Assembly: GCF_963921235.1 (NCBI RefSeq) | Contig: NC_086097.1 | Location: forward strand, 84,384,001 to 84,448,000 | DNA: 64,000 bases | Source: Mobula hypostoma | Taxonomy: Eukaryota | Direction of reading: 5' to 3' | Part shown: positions 26,066 through 39,023 of the stretch, in pieces | How the letters are laid out: every line of letters begins with the position of its first letter | How positions within the stretch are numbered: position 1 is the first letter of the stretch | Made by a program: the position numbers and the translations under genes | Notes under the pieces: model-generated | The model's database searches: none | What the model saw: only the letters and a program-made list of their open reading frames with translations | Told to the model about the DNA's origin: nothing

Positions 26066-26764
26066 GAAGAAGATGGGGTTGGGTTTACAAGCCTGATTGA
26101 TGGGTGGACTTGGAGGGGAACCTGTAGATGGCACTGTTTCTGTGCCTGTGCTGCCCTTGTCTTTCTGGATGGCAGAGGTCGCAGGTTGGCTTGGTAGCAT
26201 TGAGGAACCCTTCATTCATAGCTACTGTGCACCTTGAAGATGATACAATTTGCAGCCATGGTACGCCAGTGTTGGAGGGAATTAACGTTGAAAGGTGGTG
26301 GATGTGACGCCAATTAAGTGAACTGTTTTGATTTGGATGGCTTTGATTTTTTTTATGGTGCTCAGCCAGCTGACTGGAAAGTATTCTGTCACGCTTCAGA
26401 CTTGTAGGTGGTAGGCGAGGCTTTGGGGTCACAGCAAGGGATACCCAGCCTCTAAAGCTGCTCTTCTAGCCATAGTATTCATGTGTCTGGTCCAGGCACA
26501 CCTTTGGTTCTTGAGAACTGGTGCTGGCAACATGGTGATGTTAAGTGAGACAGTAGGACTCTGGTCATTGTTCAGTCTTTGGTGGCTCAAATGTTGTTGA
26601 ATCGTTGCGGAATGTGGGCGTGACCTTCATTATGTGAAAAGTTGGGAGTGGAACTGAATACTGTGATCACCGTGAAATAACCCCAACTTTGACATAGCCA
26701 AGAGGTTTCCTGAGGGTTTCTTATAGGGACTCCCGGGGGTGAGATGATTGACCTTATTTTGTAG

Positions 26765-27100
26765 CTGTAAGGGACACAGTGGTGCAGTAGATGGTGCTGA
26801 CTCATTGCCCCAGTGAACCAGGTTCGATCCTGACTGCTGGTGCTCTCTGTGTGAAGTTTGTATGTTCTTCCTGTGTGCATTTCCTCTGAGTGTTTCAGAT
26901 TTCTCCCACATCCCATTGAAGTATGGGCCAGTAGGATAACTGGCCACAGTAAGTTAGTTCTAGTGCTGATGGGTAGTGGGAGAATGGAGGTGAGTTGGTA
27001 GACATATTGGTGAGAATAGATTGCAGGAAAAATAAGAGAGGGAATGGGACTGATGTGATTTGAGCTAGTATGGGTTTGATGGGCTGAGTGGCCTCATATC
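26765..27100 (+). mobile_element. HE1/V-SINE-type tRNA SINE
   Basis: Head ggtgcagtag...ggttcgatcc; V-domain-like tgtgtgaagtttgtatgttcttcctgtg...ttctcccacatccc; CR1-like tail gatgggctgagtggcctc. Confidence 0.7.
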
Positions 27101-27870
27101 ATGTGAAATATAAAAATCCTTTGAAACTGAATTCTCACCGCCTGTAGCTGTGTTCACTGATGGAAGTGGGTGCTGTTAATTTTGGGTAGTTTTGTGGTGT
27201 GAATCCCTCAGGCCCCGGTGACCTCTGTAGCTGGTTTGTGAGAACAGCACAAAATTCCTTATCTACTTAATTCTGGGATTGATGGTGATTCAGTATGTTG
27301 CCACTCAGTTTCTGACATTCTGCTCAGTTTCACCACTGACTCCCACCAACCCTCCCACTGTCTGACAAGTTGTTGTCTGACTTCCAGTGCTGACTGACCC
27401 AAAATTTCTACCAAATAACTATTGGGATGCCTGCAGCCATTGTCTTTGGCCCCTGTCACAAGTTCCTTTCTAGGCCTGATGTCTTCATCCCTCTCTCTGG
27501 GATCAGGAACAAAGTTAGATTGTTCTCAGCCCCATTGTCTCATTCATCCCCAAGACGAGCAGTAGGTTAAGCCATCCCTCACACTATCCATTTCTGCCTC
27601 CCAGCCTAACCGTCTGCCTCAGCTTATCAGTTGCTGAAACTCATAGCCCCACACACCAACCTTCCCCACCCTACCTTCTGTAAGTTCGCTGTTCGGTACT
27701 ATTACTTGTATCCCACCTTGCACCAAGTCCTGTCCACCCATCACCCATGTCCTTGCAACAGAGATTGCAAATAAAGTAAGGCTTTAAAATTCTACTCCAA
27801 TATTCAATACCTGCCACTGCCTTCTCTCCTCGAATTCTGTCATTCCCTCCAGGCTTATAACCCTCTAAGA

Positions 27871-27952
27871 CAGTGGTTCCCAACTTTTTTTTTATGCCTT
27901 GGACCAATACCATTAAGCAAGGGGTCCATAGACTCCAGGTTGGAAACCCCTG
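27871..27952. mobile_element. 82-bp hAT MITE (same family as 12539-12602)
   Basis: TIRs cagtggttcccaac/gttggaaacccctg; 8-bp TSD ctctaaga/ctgtaaga; shared tttttatgccttggacca core. Confidence 0.85.
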
Positions 27953-28467
27953 CTGTAAGATAGCCTCACTCTCCTAATTCCTTGTTTGTTCTTGAATTTA
28001 ACCATTCCGTAAATCGTAGCTGCCAAGACAAGCTGTGGATCCCTCCCCGAACATCTCCATCTCTGTTCCTCCTCCTTAAGGCACATTCAAAAATTATCTC
28101 TTCTTGACCGACCTTTTAGACGTTTCTCCTATTTGCTCCCATGGGACCTGGTTTGTTTGATGAAATTGCTTCACTGCATTAGAAGTTCCAAGTAACCACA
28201 GCTCCTCTTTCTCAGAGAGGAAGTACATTGGTGCAAGTGTAACAATGCAGAGGGAAAGAAAAACATATTTAAAAAAAATAATTATTGGTCAGGTTTCTGT
28301 TAAGTGAGAATTTCTTGAATGCTTAAGTTGATGACTACAAACAGATATCAGAGAAGTGTGCATGAAAAATGTGTAACTGCCCTTTTGTTGAGATGTCAAC
28401 TGTTCATCCAAGGGAGTAGATTCCAGAAAGAGTATTTGTGATACAAGTCACTTGCGTTTTCTAAAGC

Positions 28468-28468
<1 letters not shown>

Positions 28469-28508
<40 letters not shown>
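28469..28508 (+). repeat. (CA)n microsatellite
   Basis: About 20 uninterrupted CA units, at the position of the acacacaca motif in the PLE terminus. Confidence 0.95.
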
Positions 28509-28511
<3 letters not shown>

Positions 28512-29019
28512 CACACACAATGCTGAAGGAACTCAGCAGGTTAACAGTATCTATAGAAATGAATAAGTAGTCGCCTTCTTGGGCCATGACTCTTCTTCAG
28601 GACTGGAAAGGAATGGGAAAGATACCAGAATAAAAACGGTGGTGGGGTGGGTGGGGGGGAATGGAGGATAGCTAGAAGGTGACAGGTGAAGCCAGGTGGG
28701 TAGGAAAGATAAAGGGCTGGAGAAGAAGGAATCTGATAGGAGAGGAGAGTGGACCATAGGAGAAAGGGAAGGAGGAGAGGATCCAGAGGGAGGTGATAGC
28801 CAGGTGAGAAGAGGTAAGAGGCCAGAGTGGGGAATAGAAGAAGAGGACAGGGGGAGGGTTTTTTTTATTAGAAAGAGAAATCGATATTCATGCCATCAGG
28901 TTGGAGACTGTCTATACGTAATACAAGGTGTTGCTTCTCCACCCTGAGGGTGGCCTCATCATAGCAGAAGAGGAGGCCATGCAGTAACATATCAGAATGG
29001 CATCTTCCCCCTTCCTTTC

Positions 29020-29057
29020 CAGTTCTGATGAAGGGTTTTGGCCCGAAACATCGACCG
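29020..29057 (+). ncRNA. Minimal type-I hammerhead ribozyme motif (Penelope-associated), best-preserved core
   Basis: cagtt CTGATGA aggg ttttgg ccc GAAA catc gaccg: intact CUGAUGA and GAAA and a GGG/CCC stem II. The stem III palindrome ACGT has decayed to ACAT. Confidence 0.7.
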
Positions 29058-29423
29058 TTTATTCATTTCCATTGATGCTGCCTGACCTGCTGAGTTCTTC
29101 CAGCGTTTTGTGTGTGTTGCTTTGGATTTCCAGCATCTGCAGAACCTCTCGCTCTTATGTTTCTGTTTGGGTTCTGTTTCATAGCTGTCTGGCAATTTGT
29201 ACTACCCAGTTGTGTGATTTAATTGGGAATAAGCTGGCTCTTGAGTGGAACGAGTTTGACCTTTCACCCCCTTTCCCTAGGCCATAAACCCACAGAAAAC
29301 ACTCCTGCCTGGAAAGGAAATGATTATAAATAAATCACAGCTCTGCTGGGCAGGCCAAAGGTGAAAAATGTTACTTCTCAGCCACACTTACTGTTATTAC
29401 TGTTGACCTCTCGCCTTCTGCAG

Positions 29424-29529
29424 GTTGCCCGGGAGCGAAGAAGCTGGAGTTCATAACCAGTGTTTTGGACGCCCTGACCACAGATATGGTGCAAGCCATC
29501 AACTCGCCTGCACCTGCCACAGGAGGAAG
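29424..29529 (+). CDS. SMOC1: SMOC1 coding exon (linker/start of second EC domain), 106 nt, phase 1 to phase 2
   Basis: Acceptor ctctcgccttctgcag| and donor AG|gtatgt. Translates (G)CPGAKKLEFITSVLDALTTDMVQAINSPAPATGG(R), matching the recognisable SMOC1 segment GCPxxKKxEFITSxLDALTTDMVQAINS. Too short to appear in the ORF track. Confidence 0.95.
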
Positions 29530-29709
29530 GTATGTGCTCAATTACTGAGCGTGGGGAGTGATGGAGAGCACTGACCCTGGTCACCTCCTGTGTAACAGGC
29601 TTCTGGGCAGACTTTCACATCCCACACAGCGAATGCAAAGGATGACATGTCTTTTACATCCCTTTTTCAGAATCCCTGAGCACTTCTTGTCTAATTCATT
29701 CTTTACACT

Positions 29710-30409
29710 TGTAGCCCCCCTGGCCAGCCTCAGGTTCGCTTGGCTCGCTGTCGTCTAGGGAAATAGCCCTCGGCCCCGCCAAACTGGGTAATAAGTTTGT
29801 GTGGATGCTGTGTGATGTACCCCACTCCACCCAAATAACAGACAATACACCAGATACGATTACATGATTTACAGTTTATAGATATTACTGGAACTATATA
29901 ATTAATAGAGAATAAAATATAAAAGGAAAATAAAAGGCGCCACACTTATCAAAGTTCAATCTCTTCGTGCACAAACAGTTGGAGCTCAGGACCCTTCTTT
30001 TTCACCCTGTGACCCCTCGGACCACCTCGACCGGCCGCCTGGACCAACAACGGTGGTCGACCAGACGCTCAACACGAGTCCATTTCCGTCTCCTCTCCTC
30101 GCCGAACGCCCCGCTCGGGGTGCGACCCCGTTAGCGGACTCACAGCACCTGGCCCATCCTTTGTCTCTCTCTCCCGCCTTCTGCCCCAAAACCCCGCGCA
30201 TACAATATCTTACAGACACACCAAAAGCATACCAACTATCGCAATTGGTTCATTCATCCTCTTATCAACAGATAATCCAAAACAAACTGCTAGTGGGAAG
30301 CACTTTCTCAGCAGTTAACATAACAACGAAGCCCTTTCAATTATAACATAACAAAGAAGCCATTTTAATTAGACTACGCAGTGACATAAAAAAAAAGAAA
30401 CCCCTTACA
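29710..30409 (-). mobile_element. Solo LTR (700 bp), probably Gypsy-type
   Basis: tgta...taca termini; 4-bp flanks cact/tact; CpG-rich relative to its surroundings; no internal coding sequence. Orientation is inferred. Confidence 0.7.
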
Positions 30410-30534
30410 TACTTTTCAAATGTATTTTACAAATTGTGCACCGCAAACAATTGGATGATCTGACCTCTGCTTTAGAGATGTTGCTTGAGGAATAATTTTT
30501 GGGCAGCATATCTGTGATCCATCCCTTGCTTTTC

Positions 30535-30765
30535 ACAAACAAGGGCAAGTCTGCAGGTGCTGGAAATCCAAGTAACACACACAAAATTATGGAGGAACTC
30601 AGCAGACCAGACAACATCTGTGGCAAAGAGTAAAATAGTTGACATTTTGTCTGAGACTCTTCACCAGTCATGATGAAGGGTCTCGGCCCAAAACATCGAT
30701 TGTTTACTTTTTTTTCCATAGATGCTACCTGGCTTGCTGAGTTCCTCTAGCATTTTCTGTCTGTC
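30535..30765. mobile_element. Fold-back Penelope terminus pair
   Basis: A minus terminus (30535-30667) is immediately followed by a plus terminus (30665-30765) with cagtcatgatgaagggtctcggcccaaaacatcgattg. Confidence 0.8.
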
Positions 30766-30914
30766 ACTATCCCTTGCCGTTTCTTACTATGTGATGCAGG
30801 AGAAGGCCATCCAGCCCATCCTGGGCTGATGGACAAGAGTAGTGGGTAGGAATGAGTAGGGGCTTCCTAAGCCCCAACAATGTCCCCTTTGAATCCTTTG
30901 CCTCTCACATGCAG

Positions 30915-31080
30915 TAGCCAGTTAATCTTCCAACATGTCTTTGGGATGTGGGAAGAAACCAGAATGTCAGCAGAAACTCAAGTGGTCATTGGGACAATGT
31001 GTAAATTCCACACTGACAATACTTGAGGTCAGGATCAAACCCAGGTCCATGGAGCTGCAAACTCAATGCCACCATCTTCT
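30915..31080 (-). mobile_element. V-SINE/HE1-like fragment
   Basis: catgtctttgggatgtgggaagaaaccaga...gtaaattccacac...caggatcaaacccaggtc. Confidence 0.65.
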
Positions 31081-31414
31081 AGGAGTTGTTCCATGTCCAT
31101 GCAAGGTCTCATTGAAAAGACATCATTACGATTTACCCAACTGCCTGTTGTGGCAGGGAACCACGAAATAATTCTCAAGTGCACATTGTCCACATCATAA
31201 TTTGAAACAGAAGAATGCCAAGCTAAATCTGGGCTTCCGAAAATTAATCCAAATTGGTTACTTTCCAGCTACTTTTGTTTTGATTTCAGTTTGTCTTGAC
31301 TTCTGAAGTCTATAAGCTGCCCCACTCTCTCCAATTTGCGGATTATATGACCATGTGGATATTAGAGAATAAGGCAAACTCTTTTCCAAAGAATTGTAAA
31401 ACCTTGTGACTCAT

Positions 31415-31942
31415 AAAGACATCCTTGCCATAGAGGGAGTACAAAGAAGGTTCACCAGATTGATTCCTGGGATGGCAGGACTTTCATATGAAGAAAGACT
31501 GGATGAACTGGGCTTGTACTCGTTGGAATTTAGAAGATTGAGGGGGGATCTGATTGAAACGTATAAGATCGTAAAGGGATTGGACAGGCTAGATGCAGGA
31601 AGATTGTTCCTGATGTTGGGGAAGTCCAGAACGAGGGGCCACAGTTTGAGGATAGAGGGGAAGCCTTTTAGGACCGAGATTAGGAAAAACTTCTTCACAC
31701 AGAGAGTGGTGAATCTGTGGAATTCTCTGCCACAGGAAACAGTTGAGGCCAGTTCATTGACTATATTTAAGAGGGAGTTAGATATGGCCCTTGTGGCTAC
31801 GGGGGTCAGGGGGTATGGAGGGAAGGCTGGGGCGGGGTTCTGAGTTGGATGATCAGCCATGATCATAATAAATGGCGGTGCAGGCTCGAAGGGCCGAATG
31901 GCCTACTCCTGCACCTATTTTCTATGTTTCTATGTTTTCTAT
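31415..31942 (+). mobile_element. Young 5'-truncated CR1, same subfamily as 55067-58093
   Basis: Open frame [19 protein letters not shown]...GGKAGAGF*; near-identical to 57565-58093, including the (TTTCTATG)n tail. Confidence 0.95.
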
Positions 31943-34839
31943 AATATATACACAGTTCACTCTCCCAATAGCTGGGCAGTGACAAGGAAGGGAGAAATAT
32001 CCATTTAAAGATCCAAGTCAAATCAAGAAGGGAAATATCATGGGAAATTACTCTTAACCCCCTCCCCCCGCCACTTGGTGATCTAAATGTCCAGGTTATC
32101 ACCTGGGCCTGAACAATTCTAAACAATTTCTACATATTCACAAGTATGATCTCTACCCCATCTTGAAGTATGTCGAACGCTTGCTGGACGCAACTTAGTA
32201 AATCTGTCTCCACTATGGCCCATTCTTGAGGAATGTCATCCTGTGAGGGAGAGATGAGTTCCCCATAACTGCCTCAAAAAAACTGAATCCAGGTCCTTCC
32301 TAACCTACGATTAGAATCAGATGTCAACCAGTCTTCAAAACATCAGCTAGATCACTATTATGTCTGTTGTTTCTTAACAGATAGAATGCTGCTAATTTCG
32401 TGCATTTTAGAGTCATAAGGTAGTACAGAACAAAACCCATCTGATCCATGCTAACCAAGCTTGGTTTTGATCCATAACCTTCTAATCCTTTCCTACCAGT
32501 GCACCTGCACCTCTCCAAATGTCTTTCAAAACTTGTTATTGTACCAACCTCAACCAGTTCATCTGGCAGCTCATTCTATGTATGTACCACCCTTTTTTGT
32601 AAAAAAAAATAATTCCCCCTCAAGTTCCTATTAAATTTTTCCCTCAATGCTTCACATTCTTGACTCTGCAAGGCTGGGAAATGACTGGGTGCATTCACTT
32701 TATCGAGGCTCCTCATGATTTTGTATGCTTCAACAAGATCACCATTTTGTTAACTAAAGCACACCTTCTCTAGGAATTGGTCTAAGGGCCCAATAGCAAA
32801 TCTTCAGTTACCCTGCCATTAGTACGCCAGAAAGAGTCTGCGGCATCACACTGCAAAGTTTTCAGCCACTTATACATTCTTCTCTAATTAGGCAGTGTAA
32901 CAAGCCGAAATCTTGTGGTCTGCTGCCTGAAGCTTGGTGTTTGTTGATTCTGCCTGCGTTTAATTGTGGGCCAAGAGGCAGCCGCATGGGAAATTGTTGC
33001 TTTGAAGCCAGCATCTCACTTTCTCAGACTGTAGAATTTGTGTGAGTTTTGTAGCCTGCAATGAACATAATAATTATTTACAGCTTTCAGGAATATTGAC
33101 CTTGTGCATTAGTATTCAGAGGAGGCAGCCAGTGTTACTTTTAATGGTAGGTGATGCAATTAACTGAGATCAGTGAGCCAGTTGCTTGGACCCCAGGTTC
33201 CTGTCACCTATCAGGAAGCGGGCAAAAGTAGCCTTGTACAGTTGTCCGTCAAATATCCATCTACTTTGGTCAACTTTAGTTTCATTATCAATTGGAAGTT
33301 CCAACAATGCAGATTGCTGGTGAACCTGGATATAGAATATAAAGCGAGGATGACCAGCAATATTCATTAGACCAGCCAGCATCTGTTTTCAGAAAGCAGT
33401 AGCAATATTTTCAGTCTGTGACCTTCTTTGCAGTCTAAGCTGTTAACTGTTACTTTCCTTTCTGCCTAGATGATGAATAATTTCAGCGTTTCCTGTTTTT
33501 ATTTTGTGTTTCTGGTATCTGCAGTGTTGACACTTGGAGAATATTTGTAGCAATAGGGGCCACCTTTTCTGTTGAAGGCTGGTGAAGTGTCGGAGAGTAT
33601 TTGGGCAAGGTAGCTGTTAATTTTCAGTCAATGGAGCCATCTCACACAACTGAATTTCACATCCAAGACAAAAGAATGTGGAAGTCTGATATTAAAATTG
33701 TACACAACTTAGGTGAAAGCAGGCTAGACCGATGTCTATTGTTGATATAAAGTTGCATGGATAGAAATTTCAAATTACTGGAGCAAATGAAGAGTGAGGC
33801 GAGAGGGGGTGAGTGTCTTTCTTCTGGGAAGGGAGGATTATTTGTGGACAACAGCACAAATTTGCTTCAACAGTGACGTTTGACTATGGTAATGAGGTCA
33901 AAGGAGTATTATCAAGCACAATTTAACTGTGGATCATGGGTGGATCATTAGTGCAGTAAGTCAAAGTTTTGGGCAAAGAGGCAGTTCTGCGCCATCTTGG
34001 CTGGAATGTGTGGCTGCACTTGTGGGCTGTCCCCTGCACATCCTTGGGTGTGTTTGTTGTTCAGTGAAATGTACAATTCATCGTATATTTCGATAAACAG
34101 CTGAAAAATAAATCTAAATATTAAGTATTTTAGTGAAATGAGAGTTAAAGGCACAGGGGATTGAAGGAGGGAATGCAAGGTCTTTTGAGCCTAGGTGATA
34201 GAAGGCAGTCAGCTTGCTCATCTTGTTCCTCTCAGTGGGATCTTGTGTGTAGCTTGGCTGCAGTGATGCCTTTAATTAAATGCTTAAGCAATACAACCAT
34301 CCCTGCAGATCTTTTAGGGACTGTGAAAAGCTTTATGTAAGTGCAAGTATTCTTTTCCCTTGCAATTAATCATGCCAGATTTAAGACCAGGATAAACATG
34401 GTTGGGGTTTTGAAGTGCAACTCGGAAAGAGCTTCACTAATGTTTAGCTAAGAGTGTTTTAACTTCTGTGACTTAAAGGAACACCTGCATTGTTTATTTG
34501 AAGATCTAAGTCAGGAGGGTAACTGCCAAAGTAGCCTTGGCAAGCTGATACATCCTTTTGACAGTAAACAGCACAGCCCAAGTTGCAGATATTTAATGCA
34601 GTGAAGAGGCAGACTGCTTTGGCTAGTTGGTGACAAGCTTCTTGAATTTCACATATTTTTAGGCAATTTCAGGCTTTCTTTTTATTCATTGAGTGGGTGT
34701 GGATGTTGGTGGCTAACACTGCCATTGTCAAGCCTTGTGAATTATGGTTGCAGTTAAGGGGCATACATAGTGTTGGGTCGAGAGTCATGTACTTACCAAA
34801 CTGGATAAGGACAGTAGTGAATCAGATGAGTTTTTAAAA

Positions 34840-35420
34840 GTTCAAAGTAAATTTATTGTTGAAGTACATATATGCTATCCAGAGATTCATGTTCTTGAGA
34901 CATTTACAGGAAAATAAATAAATACAATAGATTTTATGAAAAACTCTACATAATCAAAGACCAATGTGAAAAAGAAAACAAATTATGCAAATAAAGAAAA
35001 GAAATTAAATAATACTGGAACATGAGTTGTAGACTCCTTGAAAAAAGTCTATAGGTTGTGGAGTCAGTTCAGTGAGTGAAGTTATCCACACTGGTTCAGG
35101 AGCCTGATGGCTACAGGATAATAACCTTTCCTGAATCTGGTGTACCTCCTGGTGATGGTAGGAGCGAAAAGAGAGCATTGCCTGGATAATACTGTGCTTT
35201 TTGCTACTTTCTTGTGGCAGCACTCCTTGTAAATGTGCTCAGTGATGGGGAGGGCTTTGCCAGTGATGAACTGGGCTGTAACCACCACTTTCTGCAGGCT
35301 TTTCCATTCCTAGGCATTCCACACCAGTCAGGATACTCTTCACAGTGCATCAGTAAAAGTTTGCCAAAGTTTAAGATGACATGCCAAATCTACACAAACT
35401 TCTCAGAAAGTAGAGGCGCT
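34840..35420 (-). mobile_element. Rex1/Babar-type LINE 3' fragment
   Basis: VVTAQFITGKALPITEHIYKECCHKK...TRFRKGYYPVAIRLLNQ; tail aataaatttactttgaactt on the minus strand. Confidence 0.75.
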
Positions 35421-38400
35421 GGCAGCCTCCTAATTCAATCTGCTACCTGACTGTTGTTTTTTAAATCAACAATCTGGCAGTTTTATGCATACAGGTACTA
35501 ATATCTTTTAATGACTTACAATTTAAATCCATGTCTCTGGTGTAATAATTCTGGAACTCTGGCTGCTTCTCATTTAATTTAACCATTGTGATATAACTTG
35601 GAGGTTCAAAAGCTCTGGGAGGATTGAAGGATGAAGTGACGAACAGAGCTTTATTGTTCTAAATGTTTTAGAAAGAAGCTTGCGAAGAATCTTAACTCTT
35701 GCACAGGAAGAATGGAGGGGGGATCATTGAGAATGATGTGATTACATACTTAAAATATAAAAAATATTTACAATAAATGCAGCAACAGTTAAAAAGAGTC
35801 AAAATTGCAACAAATACAAAAGAATGCATATCCAATGTTAAATGTTTACCTCTAATTTCTGAATAAGGTATTACGTTAGTGCTATTCATTAGAGGGGTAT
35901 TATTTTTGGAAAGCTTTTGACTGGTAAGGAATTAAGAGTTGGGCACAAAATAGGCCTTGTCCTTTGTAATAGACCATGGCACTTTGGAACTGCTTCAAAG
36001 TCTTCTGTAGCAGTCTATAGTCCCACTGTAACTGGTCCTGGTCTTGCTGTAACTGATTCAGGCTGAAACTCCATTGGTTGTTCTTGTAAGAGACACTAGT
36101 CACCTCTGACTGATGCCACTTTGCATTTGACCCCACTTCTGTATTTGACTACTGACTCATTGTATCTGAAGTGTGGAAGACGATGAGCATCTTAACCATA
36201 GTGGGGCCAATGGCGGTTCAGTTTGAAGGCAGAGGAATTTAGTGAGGCAAAAGATGCTGGGAGACCGGTGCTGGGTTATGACTGGCAAAATACACCTTTG
36301 AAGATTTAAGAGAAGCAGATTTCTCACTCCTGCAGTGTTTTGAGAAGAATTGAATGATTTACCCAATGAATTACAAATGGAATTTAAACTGTGTACCTTA
36401 CAGATATGAGATCTAAAAGGTGTTTGAATGGGGGGGATAAAACAGGCTGGTAGAGAGGACAGAGATCTGCAGTGTTGAGCGAATGAGAAACCAGCCAGAA
36501 GATCTTTACCAGCATTCATGCCAATCCCTGTCAAAGGCTTTGGAGATGGCAAACACAAGAGGATATGTTTTACCTAAGAGCAGAGCTCAGGCAATTTGCA
36601 ACATACAGTGATGTGCTGAAATCTGTGCAGCGGCTGTAGATTAGGCCCAAGTATAAGCGAAGGAGACTCTGGGCTAACAGCAGCTTGCATAACTTCAGAA
36701 ACACTGTGCCTATGACCAAAATATTGAAGAGTTTTTGTAGGTGAAAAAAAAACTATTACTGTTTCTGTATTTATTTTGGAATTGCCATTCCTGGCTGGAA
36801 TCAGCTCCCTCCACACTTGCCAGTCATGGGATAACATTGTTGAATTATTACAAAAACAAACACATGATTCAGTAAAACAAACGGCTTCAGCGCACATTCC
36901 TGGCCATTTTGGGCTTAGTCCTAATGGAAATGAAATTGGTAACAGATTACAAATTATTTAAAGTGTTCTAAATTGTAATTAGAGGATGGCTTCAGACTTG
37001 GATAGCATGAAAAGGGGGAGAAAAGAGCAGAAAGTTGCTCACTGACCCAAAGTAAAATTACTCCAGCTTGGGCTGAACTCCTGCCCTGGTTTTCCCCTCA
37101 ATTGGTTTTGAGCTGATTTCATTGATGTAAGCTGTATGGCATCAAGTTGGCCTCTCAGTAGGCCGTCAGTTAAGTTTAGTTAGTGAGGGAGCTCTGCGTA
37201 AAATTTACATTGATCCTAAGAGGGCTGGGTCTGTATTTGATAACTGGCTGAACTTGCCCTCCACCTACAATGAACTCATTCTGGATAAGGAGGGCCAACT
37301 AACCTGACCCTCCGAACTGCAAAAGCAAAGCTGGCCTCTATACAGTGGGAAGCCTGTGGACACCCTCCCTTGGCCTGTCAAAGCTCACTGTCATCAGAAG
37401 AGCTTTTGGGACAACTATGAATCACCGCCAATAGTCAGAAATAGTTTAACGCTGTCTGTGTACATTTAAATGATTACCATTCAAGTTATCTTAAAATGTA
37501 TTAAAATACTAGCAAGTTATGATAGATGTTTAATCAAAATAAATAAATCCACCTAGTTACACTTGGCTTTTTCCAAAAGAGTGTGTGACCATATTCAACT
37601 GAACTTTGTTGGAATAAAGCTTAGGGTCAGTCTGTGAAGTGAATCTGGCCCCTCACCTCTGCAACAAACACTCTGCTGCGGGAATTCAATGGGCCGTGCA
37701 ACATATACAGGTCAACACCCTGCAGCATCGAGAATTCATTCCCACCCCCACAGATGTTGCTCGGCCTACTGTGTAACTCCAGCAGATAGTTTGTTGCTCC
37801 AGATGCCAGCATCCCCAGTCTCCTGTGTCTCCATCCCTCTCCTCAGCGCAGTGGGGTTGCATCTTTGGGCTGGATGCCAAGCGCAGTGATAGATCAGGAG
37901 ATGCGATAAACTAGTGTCTGTCCTACAGCCCATCCTGGGCTCTTGTGTTTGACCTGATAGGTACAAAACCTGAGATATTGTAGGGCAACAGGTAAACAAA
38001 GGGCCCTATGGATCCATTACTGCATGTTTGGTATGTATTTTAATTGACAGTAACACCTTTGAGGGTGAAAAACTTTAAAAAGTCATTTTCAAAATGGATT
38101 ATTATACACAAGGATGGGACATTTAGCATGGCCAATCCAAATCCTTCTTAAAAGCAAGAGAAGTCTGAAATACTTTGAAGAATTTAAGGGCATGTTTGGA
38201 AACTTTGAGGTGTTCTGAAGAGAGCTGGAATTTGAAGAGGACAAAATGATACTTCAATTGTGAAGCGGCTTGCTGGAACCCCAGCTGGGGTTGATGTCTT
38301 TGGGCCTTTCAGTGACTACCTTTTAACCTTGCAGAGTTTGTAGAGCAAGTTCACCCCAGAGCACTGAGATTTAACTAGAGGATGCAGTTGGCTTGTGTGC

Positions 38401-38926
38401 CCTTGAAAACAGAGGAATAGTCGTTAAAAATGTTTAAAATATTGAGAAGATAAGCAGGGAAAGCTGGTAGGGAACAAGCAGGCATTTCAGCATGATGTTA
38501 AAATCAGAGCCGGTCTGTTAAGGAGGCAATCGATCAGACATTGGTGCAATAAAAATTTGAACTCTATCCTATGAAGCTTTGTGGATGCTGTGGCATTCAG
38601 TGAGTTTTTGAGCTAGAGGTAGGTGGAATAGTTTCTGGGAAATGTATTGAGTTATTCAGCTGAGATGTTCATCGGTCAAGGTGATGAACAGTGGAGCCGA
38701 CCAGTAGGCGGAATAGTCTTTCCCTATAGCAAATTCATCTAATTTTGTTCATAAATCAGTGAAGTTTTAAATAAATATTTTCATGTTCAGTGCCCTCTGG
38801 TGGAATATTACATTTAAAAACTGCTCTACAGAATAAGCTGAAAACAGTGTTGTCCCTTCATTGTCTCGAGGTGCTTTACTCACATAGTTAAGTAATGTTT
38901 TGCATATGTCCTCCTGCCAGTGTAAA

Positions 38927-39023
38927 GTCATCACTAGCTTAAAGGATGGAAGCAGCATTATTAGCAAACAATGTCATCACTAGCTTAAAGGATGGAAGCA
39001 GCATTATTAGCAAAATATGTCAT
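38927..39023 (+). repeat. Tandem duplication, period 46 bp (about 2.1 copies)
   Basis: gtcatcactagcttaaaggatggaagcagcattattagcaaa is exact at 38927 and 38973; a further gtcat occurs at 39019. Confidence 0.95.

Larger units (their letters stand above)
28465..29150. mobile_element. Penelope-like insertion with 5' inversion (minus body 28465-28998, plus terminus 28997-29150)
   Basis: The minus strand carries the GIY-YIG tail EATLRVEKQHLV..DSLQPDGMNIDF and a terminus. The plus arm repeats the terminus, including the hammerhead core at 29020-29057. Confidence 0.85.

Noticed and set aside
28216..28292. AG...GT-bounded open segment considered as the preceding SMOC1 exon
   Set aside because: The translation has no resemblance to SMOC1 and the donor is weak. 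No upstream SMOC1 exon was recognised in 1-29423; it is either outside the window or was missed.
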